Source: Geosiphon pyriformis uo1 | Lineage: Eukaryota; Fungi; Glomeromycota | Assembly: GCA_016748015.1 (NCBI GenBank) | Contig: JAAOMT010000009.1 | Coordinates: 2,278,200 to 2,342,199 of the forward strand | Length of the DNA stretch: 64,000 nt | Direction: 5' to 3' | Shown: one piece after another, positions 52,201 through 64,000 of the stretch | Layout: each line of letters starts with the position of its first letter | Numbering within the stretch: the first letter of the stretch is position 1 | Notes under the pieces: model-generated | Database searches by the model: none | The model's input: only the letters and a program-made list of their open reading frames with translations | What the model was told of the DNA's origin: nothing | Position numbers and translations under genes: made by a program

Positions 52201-55200
52201 ACATATAGTCCTTATATTACACTCCAAACCCAAACAAATTACTGATAACCCAAACTTGTATGCATCAATTGTGGTAAGAAATTGTTATTAATGGGTGCAT
52301 GCTGTGGCAATGATAAAAAATACTCAACAGCAACAAAGTTTTATTGCCACCCATGCATCTTAGAATGTTTTGAATGACCAAAACAACAAGAAAAATGAGA
52401 TAACAAATCTTGTTTCACTTGTGGAGAAACTTTTTTCAATGAAGGAATGTAGAACAACATTCCTGGAAGAAGAGAAACATGCAACAAATTGTGTTAATAC
52501 ACGATTCTAATAAGTAACTGGATAAGAAAAGAGACACCAATAGAAGCAGCCTGGAAAAGAGCAGTAAAATGTCTGGATGGATGTTCACATGATGATGACA
52601 AAATCTGGTAAATTGCACTTGCCAAAATTAAAGAAATGTTATTAGAAGAAATAAGAATGATCAAAAACAATCTACTAGAACTCATAAAACTTAACTGGGG
52701 CTCAAACTCAGAGATTATCCTAGAGCTTATGGACCCAGAACAATTTTATAAGTACTACCAAGAATTAGCACCCACTAGAGAGAAATAAGAGCAATGGTTG
52801 GAAGAAATAAACACAAGACTATGTGACTATTGTTTGATCCCATATGACTTCCAATATTGTAATGAGTATAACCTCATTTACAATTCACCACTATGCATAA
52901 TCTATATGATTCCAGAAAAAAACAAATCAATCAGCAGCTGTGCATCAAAATCGGAATCAACTTTCAATTCTGATTCAAACTTTAACAATGATGACAATAA
53001 AAACAATGGTTCCAGCTCCACTTAAAATGGCAATGAAAATAACAACAATTTGGACTTCAATTCAAACCCCAAAACATACATCACACTTCTTGATCTCTCC
53101 AAAGAGCAGAAACTCAAATAGTACAGTAACAACAATAAAGATATTATGCCAGAATGAGCACATAATACAGATGCCAGGTTTGATCTAAGATATCCAGAGA
53201 AAAATGCCATCAAATTAAAACCACATTCATGCATTTGCATTAATCTGAAAATAGCACTGGAAATTCTAGCAACAATAGTTCAATTAACATCTAAGAGTAG
53301 TTTAGCAAAAAAGGGAATTAATATTAGAGGAGGAATAATTAATGCAGAATATGTAGGAAATATCATTGTAATACTACAAAATGACTTAGAAAAGGCCTAC
53401 ATCATAGAGCCAAATAAAAAAATAGCACAGGCAATATTTCTGTTTTTGGTTAAAATAGCTAAATTAGTATCAATAGAAAACAGAAAAGAATTAGAAATTA
53501 CAGCTAAAGAGATACAAAAATTCAGATCAATGGGTAAAATAGATGTACCAGTTAATTTGGCAGAAGAAAAAATTGTTGACAAGGGAGAAATTATCTCCAC
53601 CCATTAATCAATTTCTATTCCACCATATGACTGGTATATGGTAATTATAAAAAGAAAAATGAAGGATCAGATTCAGATTATTGAGACAGAAGCAACACTT
53701 TATGAATTAGGAGAAATTGGATTAGTCAATCTACACATACTAGCCAAAAACCACAGTCACATCAAAATTTCCATTTACAACAACATAAAAAACATTATTG
53801 AAATACCAGAAGGAATTATCATTGGATATTTAACCACTGAAATTGAAGATCAACTGCCAAACACCATTCCAGACTTTCCATAATTGTGTAGATATGTAGA
53901 TATCACATCTCAAACAATATACGGATGAAAAAAATGTTATCTGCTCCAACCAGAACAATTGAAACAGATAAACTTAAGAAATTTAGACCTACTACAATAT
54001 ATGCAATTTAAGATGTTACTTAACAACTTCAACAACATATTTGCAAGCAAAAATGAATTTGGAAGAACTGATATAATTCAGCATCAAATTAAGACTGAAG
54101 ATGCAATACCAATTAAACAAAGAGCATACAGAGTACTACCAGCCAGCCATGAGATTATTCATCAAGAAATCAATTGAATACTTGACAACAGGCTAATTTA
54201 GTTATCTATGAGCTCATAGTCATCACCAGTAGTACTAGTCTGTAAAAAAAATAGGAAAATCCACTTTTGTGTGGATTATTAGAAACTAAATAGAATAACA
54301 AAAAGTAATAGCTACCCAACACCAAAGATCCAAGAGCTGTTTGACACTTTCGGAGGAAAGAAATAGTTCTCAACTTTAGACTTAAACAGTGATTACTGAC
54401 AAGTAGCCATGAAACCAGAAGATAAAAAGAAAACAACTTTTACAACACAAGAAGAGAATTTTGAATTTGAGGTTATGCTATTTGGCTTGATGAATGCTCC
54501 AGCCACATTCCAATGGCTTATGGAAATTGTCTATACCAGATTGCTATAGAAATCAGTAGTCATATACTTGAATAACACCAATGTGTTCTCAAAAACATTT
54601 GACAATTATTTGCATTATCTTCAACAAGTATTTGAAAGACTCAGATAAGCAGAATTGAAATTAAATGCAAACAAGTGCTTCTTTGACAAAACAGAACTTA
54701 AGTTTTTGGGACATGTTGTAAGCAAAAATAGTATCAAAACAGATTCAGATAAGATTGAGATTATTAAGAACTTTCCAGTACCAAATAATCTTACAAAATT
54801 AAGAGTATTTTTGGAATTTGCTGAATATTACTGCCACTTTATCAAAGACTTTTTTAAAATAGCTCAATCACTACATCAATTACAAACAAAAAACACAAAA
54901 TATGAATGGACAAAAACTCAGCAAAAAGCTTTTAATACATTAAAAAGAAAGCTTATTCAAGCTCTAGTATTGATCTATTCAGATCATAGTAAACCATTCA
55001 TAATTACAACAAACACATCCAGTCAAGCATTGGGAGTAGTATTATTTCAGAAAAGACCAGATGGATAAGAACATTCAATAACTTATGCCAGTAAAAGCTT
55101 AAGTCCAGCTGAAAAGAACTATAGAACTCCAGCACTAGAACACTTAGCTATCTATTGGACTGTCATCAAATGGAAAGAATACTTGAGTCAAAAGTTTGAT

Positions 55201-55368
55201 GTGTACACTGATCATAAAGAATTGACTTCAATTTAAAAGCAAGAATTTGAAGATGATTACCATGCCAGATAAAAAATAGAACTTTTACTATTTAATTATA
55301 CAGTACATTACAAAAAAGGAAAAAAAACCAGAAATGCTGACAGATTGTCACAAATAAAACAAATCTAA
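49268..55368 (+). pseudogene. ORF1 of C: gag-PR-Cys-rich-dUTPase-RT-RNase H
   Basis: Capsid Met at 50154; CHYCGKQEHLQFEC; protease near 51590; dUTPase ~53110-53540; RT; RNase H; TAA at 55366-55368. Confidence 0.9.
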
Positions 55369-55398
55369 AAACATTTTAACACAAAAATATAACAAAAA

Positions 55399-56780
55399 AT
55401 GAATATACAAAAATACCAACAACTCCAACATTATATAAATACTCAATTGTTCAAGAAGAAATTATCTCAAAAAAAACAAAACAACATAAAACAACAATTA
55501 AAATATTTTATTAACCATCAAAATATACTTTACTGGAAGAACAAAAGAAATTCAAATCAACCAACTAGAGTAATTACAGAATCAGACAAAGAAACAATAT
55601 TATTCAACATGCACTCAGATCCAATGACAGGACATTTTCACAAAGAAGCAACTATAAAAAGAACCAGAAAAAGATACTATTGGTCATCTATGTATCCAGA
55701 TATTATTCAATATGTTCAAAATTGTGATGTTTATCAGAAAAGAGGAGGAATAAAATCCAGTAAACTATTAAGACCAATCAAAGTGGGACAACTATTTAAT
55801 TGTATTGGAATTGACTTAGTTGGACCATTAACCATAACCAGCAGAGGCAACAGATATATTGCAGTCGCCATAGACTATCTCACAAAATGGCCAAAAACAA
55901 AAACCATTTAAAGAGCAAATGCAGAATCTGTTGCCAAATTCATTCATCAAGATTTGATTTGTCAACATGAATGTCCAAAAGAACTATTATCAGATCAAGG
56001 AACTTACTTTGTGAATAAAACATTGACAGAATTAAGTCAAAAATTTGGAATAAAAAGACTATTATCATCACCATACCATTCACAAACAAATAGGTTAGTT
56101 GAAAGATTTAACAAAACACTGTGTAAAACAATAGCCAAGATCAGCCAAAAAAACCAGAACAAATGGAATTTGTTTATACCATCAGTATTATTTGTTTACA
56201 GAACAATAGAACAAGACACTACACAAGCAACACTATTTAAATTAGTATATGGTAGAACAACAACATTACCAGTTGAGATAGAAGTTAGAACATATTTAAC
56301 AGAACCAATAACAGAAGAAAATTTTCAAAAAACATTGCTAAGAAGAACATATGACTTAATGAAAACACTAGAAAACAAACAGCAAAAAGCAGTTGATAAC
56401 ATTTAAAAGTCACAAAAAAAACAAAAAAAAAGACATGATAATTAACTAATAAATAAACCAGTTGAATTCAGAATTGGAGACAAAGTACTTCTACATTGTA
56501 CCAAAGCAGAAAAACAATGAAGTGGAAAATTTGACCCCAAATAGAACAGACCATTTTACATAGAAAAATTCTAGGAAATAGAGCTTATAAATTAAGATGG
56601 AATAACAAAATCTTAGCCAAAACAGTACATAGTGATTGACTAAAACCATATTACTATATAGTGTTGCCATTCACCAGTAATATTCCACAATTAGAAGTAC
56701 AAAGAATACTAGTCCAACCAGATAAGATTTTACGAGATCTGGAACCAATCATAATAATTGAACCAAACACATCAAATTGA
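55399..56780 (+). pseudogene. Stand-alone integrase ORF of C
   Basis: MNIQKYQQLQHY; MHSDPMTGHF; IGIDLVGPL; LLSDQGTYF; LVERFNKT. Confidence 0.92.
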
Positions 56781-56804
56781 ACAACCAAAAGAGTATATAA
56801 AGAC

Positions 56805-57471
56805 ATAGTATATATGACAAAAGCAACAAAAAAAAATAGAAATACTAGATTATATTTACACTTTAGCTCAATAATTGTTTCAGGCTTTAAGTCAACAGCA
56901 AGTAAACATGGAAATTATTATCAATAACCAAACAATCTGTTATCAAAACACCAAACAAAAAGGGAAAAAACCACCATATCAGCAATCATAGAAACAATTA
57001 ATAAACTGGTCAGATAAAATAATAAAAAAAGTAAAGAACACTTTTGGAAAGATAACCATTACAGTTCCAACAAAAGAACTGGTAAAAGAAAATTAGAACA
57101 AATAAATAGACCAACTTCCAATACTATACTGCTACTATCAATTGGAACAAAAAGTAGATATTCAAAAGTTATATCTTGACAAATCCAAAATAATTTTCAA
57201 TCAAGAGATAGTCTGAAACATTGAAGACATTATTAAAAAGAAAACAAACTTAACACTACACATTAGGACCATTTATTAACTACACATTATATTTCAAAAC
57301 TACCCAGAAGTATTATTATACTCTAACATAAAAACAATAACCATCAACCAATAGAGAAGAATAAACAACTTACAAATTGAAGAAATAAAGAATAAGATGA
57401 AACAGATACTACTGAAAAAAGAAGTATTCAATATAATTCAAAATAAGAATTTCAACAGAGCTCAATATTAA
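56805..57471 (+). pseudogene. ORF3 of C
   Basis: MEIIINNQTICYQ, YYCYYQLEQ, NNLQIEEI...NFNRAQY*; homologous to ORF3 of B and D. Confidence 0.75.
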
Positions 57472-57484
57472 AAAAAGGAGATAA

Positions 57485-58077
57485 TATTACTCATAAAAAA
57501 AAACAGATATAGAAAATAGTAAACCAATAGGAAAGTAGTAGTTAGCATGTGAGCATATTGCTCAGCAATGTGGAGCAATGTTAGAAAATTAGGGCACATT
57601 GCTCAGCAATGTGAGCATTGTTCAAGAAATCATAGCACATTGCTTGGGAATATGAGTGATCTTATAGAACATCAATTATGTATATATAGTAGTAGCATTA
57701 AAAGGAGAAAAAAGAAACCTCTCAGTTTAGATTTGATCTAAACAACCTTCCACATCACAAATATTAATAAATAATTATTCAATTATCTCAAATCTACTTC
57801 CCATTATCAACACTTCATGTTGATAGTAATTGATACTTAACCATACTGAAACAATAGCTCTTGATTATGGCTATTGATAGAATATTAACATTTATTGCCT
57901 TGGCCCATTTTTTTATTTTTTTTATTTTTTATTATTATTTTTGTTTACTAATTTATGGAGAATTAAGTGCTGAATTATTGATGTCAAGGATAGCTTGGTA
58001 AAAAACCCCAAAGAAAGAGTATAATAATGAGAATTTAAGAATAGCTTACTAAAAGAGCATCTCTGCCAGATTACTGG
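57485..58077 (+). repeat. 3' LTR of C (interrupted by A3)
   Basis: Follows the PPT; matches 48547-49017; CCAAT near 57524; TATATATA near 57681. Confidence 0.9.
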
Positions 58078-59046
58078 TGTTACCAGTAGAATTTTAGCTA
58101 TTAATTAGCATGAAATTACCCTTATAATTCCTATAATTAATTAGTATATTAATATCATTTCAAATTATCATTTATTATTTAATCAATTATTACATATCAC
58201 GATTCAATTAAAATAATCTAATTAGTATAACAGAAAGTATGATGATCAAATTACACAATACTCTGAACTTTGTAACATTCTAAAATTCGCCGAAATTTAC
58301 AGAAATTCGCCGAAATTATGAATAGTTTACCCAAATTAATCAATAGTTCAGTGAAATAACTTGTAATTCATCAAAATGTATCTTTAGTTTGCCGAAATTT
58401 GAGCAAAGAGAAAAAGTGCAAGTTCATAGACTAGTACTACAACAAGTTGTATAAAAGAAGAGCTTTTCTCTTCAAGAAAATGTATCTTACTTTAGATTTA
58501 TCACTTAGAACCATTCCTACACACACAAAAAGAAATAAATATCAAATAATTCGAAAAACCAAATTCTTTAATTATTGCACTTGGAAAATCCTCAAAACCC
58601 AACTAACGTTTTGAAATTGATTAGCTACCAATTTCAGTAAACTATTAGTGACTCCAGGCCTGGATAGAAAACGTTTCCCTTGATAAAATCCTATTTTTTT
58701 ACATTTTTTTTATTTTTCTTTTCTTTTCTTATTAAAATTATTAGGATAGTCTACAAACAAGATTCCTGTAGAAGAGTTGACTTTCACAGCAAAGTAACTA
58801 CACATTTTTAGTAAGCTTCCAGATGAGCAATTCCTGGGAAAGAGTTGATATTACTACAACGTAACTACATAAAGTAACTGGCAAGGAATTGGCCATTCTA
58901 CTTATAAGCCCAATAGTTCAAATTATAGAAGATAATTTGAAGATAAATTCAGTTATTGGAGGTTTAACTACTTCCTGAAAACGTGAATTCACAGCAAATC
59001 AACATTAACAACATTAAAAAAAAGAGACCAAAAACCCCCAGTAACA
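58078..59046 (+). repeat. 5' LTR of A3
   Basis: TGTTACCAG...CAGTAACA; reverse-complement homologue of 33278-34247. Confidence 0.93.
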
Positions 59047-59092
59047 TTTGGTGCTCTTCTACGGAAATAACACAGCAACAACAAACTTCAAA

Positions 59093-62000
59093 ATGGCAAT
59101 TACACCAGACACAACAACTCTAGAGTATTATCAATCAATTTATACCCATTGCAAGCAGAGATTCAACATCCCAGACGGAATTGAAATTGTTGAAAGAACA
59201 CTCTACCAATACATTGAAAACTGTATCAACAATTATCTTCTTAGAAATTACAATATTTTAAAAGTGAGAAGCAACCTCTACAATAATTTAGTACACTATT
59301 CATGATTGGAAACTGAAAACCTTAACAGTGAAACACTTGCCACCTACTTTCAAGAACTTAATTACAACATTATCAAGTATTGCAAAGAAAAATACCCAGT
59401 ACAGTCTAAATACTCTTTTGACTTTGAATCAAAAACAGAAACAGGCAACAAAGGCAAAAAAAAGTGAAACAACACTCAAAAACTGCTTCAAACACTCCAA
59501 TACTACCAAAGACAACTGTCACACACTTGCAAACACCTGAACAAGGAACCAGTGTCAAATTACCACTTTCTATCACATCATTTCCAATTTCACTTGTTTG
59601 ACCACAAACACCAAATTCACTACTTAACTATTTTTCCAGACCAGAAGATTTTCAGTCATCTAAAAATTCTACTCAACAGCAGAAACCTATATTAACAAGC
59701 ACCAATATTATTGAATACTTGCAAGAAAACAAAAGTGATCATTCAGAAAATTTGGAAAGTAAAAAAACTGAATCAAAACAAGGAGAAGTCACAGAAAATG
59801 AAGAGGAAATGGCAACTGCTTATATTGCAAAGATTCCAGAATTCACAGGTGAAGATAATGATACCAGTCCTCAAGAATGGCTTGACAAAATTCAAAAAGC
59901 AGAAGATGCAAATGGTTGGATTACAGCAAGAATGCTTAAAGCAATTCTCTACTTTCTCCAAAGAACAGCAGGAGAATGGTTTGAAAATTTAGAAGAACTA
60001 TTTGAAAACTGGCAAACATTCAAAGATGTTTTTCTACAACAATTTACCAACAACAATACCTCTATCACTCTCAGAAACCGCTTTTGCAATATCAAACAAA
60101 AAACATCTAAAACTGTTATGATCTATCTTGAAAGATTTAAACTTCTCAAACAAATCTGACAATTAAAAACCAATGACTACTATTCTGATGCTCAAATTCT
60201 GGATCAGTTTATAGCAGGGTTAAAAGACAAACTGATTAAAAAAGTCTGTTTACATGCTCCAGCAGACTTAGCAACTGTTATTAAACATGCAAAGAATTAT
60301 GAAATTGCTATAAAAGAAGCAAACCACACCAAACTTGTTAACTTGGCTATTGGAGAAACCAGCTCAGCAGCTGAAAAAAAGATAAACCAACTCACAAAAA
60401 AAATTGAAAGCTATTTTACAAACCAACAACAACAGCAGCAACAACCCCAAAAATATCAACCACTATAGTGACACAATCAAAACAACTTTGGACCACTATC
60501 CAACAACCAACCTCAAAATTGTCACTATTGTGGAATTCCAGGACACTGGAAACAAGATTGCAGGAAACTACAAAGAAACCAACAAAACAGGAGTAATCAA
60601 TATTACTCTTTATCACAACAATCTTATTACCAACCCCCACCACCAACTTATTATTTACTAAGATCACAAATTCAAAACAGCTATTATCAACCAGTTCCAC
60701 AACCAATTCAACAACAATATCAACAACCTTTACCAATTCAGCAATTTTAGACACCACTCACTCAACAATATCAAATACTAGCAAGAAGATTGGTTCAACA
60801 TAACCAATTCACATTCCAAAATCAATTGCAGAGTAACAACAACAGAATCAATCCAAATAACCAGTTGGTTCCCCGAAATTCTGGTCAGCAAAGACCCAAT
60901 TACTATCACACTCAACCCAGTTATCTTACAATACCAGAGGAATCGGATTTTCAACAAACTGCATTTTCTGAAGGTGAAGTTGCAGTACCAAGATCAAACC
61001 CTTTTAACCACACCATTCCACCAGCTCAAATTGCCCAAAATGCCAATCTGTCAGATATATTTCCATTTGAATTTGAAGCAAATGAATTACCATTTCTGCT
61101 TAGTAATGCAGCAGTCAATGAACAGAAAACAATTACTGCTATGTACACAGAAGCTACAGTGAAAGAAAAACCCATTTGCTTAATCTTAGATAGTGGATTG
61201 GCTGAAAGTATTATCACTTACCAGCTGATGTAACAACTCAAACAAAATGTAGACAGACCAGCTCAAACAGTTATTGTCACAGTTAATGATATGAAAAAGA
61301 CTCCAGTAGGAGAAATTAATGATTTTCCCTTTACAATTGATGGAATCACCATTCTAGTTAAAGTTCTTGTTATGAATGCACCCCAATACCAAGCTCTAGT
61401 TGGAAATGATTGGCTTTTCAAGGCCAATGCAAACCTGAACTGGAAAACTCAAGAACTTAAAATTTCATACCAAGGACAATATACCATAGTATCTGCAACT
61501 TGTAGTATCTTTAACAAACAATCAGAAAAAGCTCCAGTATTTGAATTTGAAGAAGAGAAGAAAATGCCACTCACTGAAACCTACATGGCTCTTGGATCAC
61601 CATCCAATTGGGCTGAGGAAACAGAACAAGAGATTTTTGAAGAATCAAGAAGATAGAAGAAAGTTAGATATTCCACACCAGAACCATGAAAAGAACCACC
61701 ATACATTCCACTAAAATGCAAAGATTGCAAAAAGAAGCTTTTATTTATGAGAGCCTGTATTTCCCCAGAAGAGGAATATGAAACTCGTACTTGCTACTTC
61801 TACAAGACATACCATAGAGAATTATTTAGATCCTTAAAGAGAAATGGAAAATGGGACAAAACTCCTTGTCTTACTTGTGGAGAAAGGCTACCAGAAGAAT
61901 GCAATTGGATTGATGTAGTAATGAGATGAGGAATATGTGATCAAACCTGTCAATATGCTCTATTAATTTCGGAAAAAGTCAAAAGAAAAACACTATTTGA

Positions 62001-64000
62001 TGCAGCATACAACAGTGCTCTCAATAAACTTTACCACTACCCTCATGATACTGAAATAATTTTTGACTTAGCAATAGCATTGATTAATAGAGCCACCCAA
62101 GAAGATGTCCACCAAATAAAAGAAGCTGAATACATTGAGTATACCATAGAATTAGCTGGATTTGATTATAAAGATGAAGTAGAAACCTACCACCAAATTG
62201 CAAGCCACACATATCCAACCAAAGAAGCTCAAATTCAATGATTAGAGCAAATGAACATTCAGTTGTGTAAAGAATGTATTATGCCTTGTAATGACCAATA
62301 ATGTTTAGAATGTTATGTTCTTAGCATTTCTCTGCCAGATGAGAATGATGAAAATGAAATCGAATTTAGAGTATTTGAACTAGTAAAAAAACTACCAACC
62401 ACCCCTATCTATTTTCTTAAAAAGCAACCACCTCTACAACTTAAATATTTTGACAACCATGGCCAAGGAATCAGACCAGAAAAAGCACACGAAATTGATG
62501 CTGGATATGACCTAAGATACCCAGGAAAAGATACTTTGGTTTTCCAACCAAAGTCCTTAACAAAAATCAATTTCAAAATTGCTCTTGAAATTCCACCAAG
62601 AGCAATGATTCAAATTGCCTTCAGATTATTATTGACAAGCAAAGGAATCAATATTAGAGAAGGAGTTATAGATGCAGGATACACTGGAGACATTACTATC
62701 ATGTTACAGAATAAGACAGACAAACCATTCAAAATTGAACATGCTGAAAAAATTGTTCAAGCAATTTACTTATCCTTAATCAATATTTCGGGTTTACAAT
62801 CAGTAAACAACAGAGAACAATTGGGAAAAAGTGAAAGAGGAACTCAAGATTTTGGTTCAACTGGATGATTTACAGTTCCAGTAAACATAGCTCTTAATAC
62901 ACAAAATAAATCTCACCAGATTCTTCAACTTTTCCAGCCAATTACTATTTCACCTTTTGAAAAACATCACGAAATTTACACTTGCTCAAAACCCACCACT
63001 ACACAACAAATCTTTGAATCCAATAAACAAATCTGTTTGAAGCATAAAATCTCAATTCCAAATGTTTATATTTCCAAAGGAATGAAAAAATTTTGAGTTA
63101 CATTTTACAACTCCAATAATTACTCTATTGTCTTATTAAACAAACTGGAGATTGGAATCATACACAGCAATATTTTTCAAGATGAAAACCCTCAAATTGT
63201 CTTTAATTTCATCGAAATTGTAAAGCACACTCTATTCCCAAATCCAAATATCATTCTCACTACTGAAAACTACCACTTTTTGGAAGAAAAACTCTCTCAA
63301 ATCAACATGAATCCCTTAGAACCTCAACAACAAAGACAATTGAAACAATTGATAGCTGAATTTGCAGATATATTTGCAAAAGACAACAATAACCTAGGAA
63401 AAACGGATATGGTTCAAAATCAGATCCATACAGAAGATGCTCCACCAAAACATCAGCAAGCTTACAAAGTGCCACCTGCCAGCCACCAATTCATCAGAGA
63501 AGAAGTTCAGAGAATGCTCAATAACGGATTGATTCAACCATCAAGAAGTCTTTGGGCCTCACCAGTAGTCCTTATTAAAAAGAAAAATGGAAAAATCAGA
63601 TTTTGTGTTAACTATCGCCAAGTAAACAGTGTGACTATTGGAGATGCCTACTCTCTTTTAAGAATTGATGACATGCTAGATGCTCTAGAAAAAGCCAAGT
63701 TCTTCTCAACTTTAGACTTGGAAAGTGGATACTGGCAAGTCGAAATGGATTCAAAAGACTGATCCAAAACAGCATTTACCACTTAGGGAGGAAACTATAA
63801 GTTCAATGTTATGCCTTTTGGACTCTGCAATGCACCAGCAACATTTCAGCAACTTATGAATGTTGTATATAAAGGGCTCTTGTGGCAATCAGTAGTTGTC
63901 TATCTTGATAACACTGATGTATACTCACCAAGCTTTGAGACTTATCTTATCCACCTGTGAAAAGTTTTTCAATGATTACGGAAAGCAGGATTGAAGTTAA
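59093..64000 (+). pseudogene. ORF1 of A3: gag-PR-Cys-rich-dUTPase-RT (truncated by window edge)
   Basis: MATAYIAKIPEFTG at 59809; CHYCGIPGHWKQDC; LILDSGLA; dUTPase; WASPVVL; MPFGLCNAPATFQ; YLDNTD. Confidence 0.92.
62440..62865 (+). pseudogene. dut: dUTPase domain of A3
   Basis: DAGYDL, GVIDAGYTG, KIVQAI, RGTQDFGSTG. Confidence 0.92.

Larger units (their letters stand above)
48547..58077 (+). mobile_element. Ty3/Gypsy element C with dUTPase; both LTRs interrupted
   Basis: 5' LTR remnant, PBS 49208-49224, ORF1, IN, ORF3, PPT 57469-57484, and a 3' LTR cut by A3. Confidence 0.92.
58078..64000 (+). mobile_element. Ty3/Gypsy element A3, 5' part (continues off-window)
   Basis: LTR 58078-59046, PBS 59049-59064, and ORF1 from 59093 through RT. 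Confidence 0.93.

Overview
This is a gene-free, AT-rich eukaryotic transposon graveyard. The protein style resembles Glomeromycota fungal repeats, but that is an inference. Essentially all 64 kb can be assigned to nested, pseudogenised mobile elements: nine copies or fragments of Ty3/Gypsy LTR retrotransposons (labelled A1-A3, B, C, D, E, F, G), one Tc1/mariner DD34E transposon with 29-bp TIRs and a TA TSD, and one full-length APE-RT-RNase H LINE inserted in that transposase. Nesting reaches five levels (G>F>D>Tc1>LINE). The A-F elements share an unusual three-ORF layout: LTR, PBS, ORF1, stop, a separate integrase ORF, stop, a conserved ~215-235 aa non-Env ORF3, PPT, LTR. ORF1 runs matrix-like domain, capsid, CCHC, Q/P-rich linker, protease, Cys-rich domain, complete dUTPase, RT, RNase H, and apparently starts at GTG. 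The PBS of families B-E fits elongator tRNA-Met. All copies carry an extreme C>T/G>A transition load that is not confined to CpG: a hand count over 290 nt of the A1 LTR pair gave 32 transitions, 1 transversion and 0 indels. No intact host gene, RNA gene or CRISPR array was seen. Internal domain boundaries are approximate; element, LTR, TIR and TSD boundaries were read directly from the sequence.
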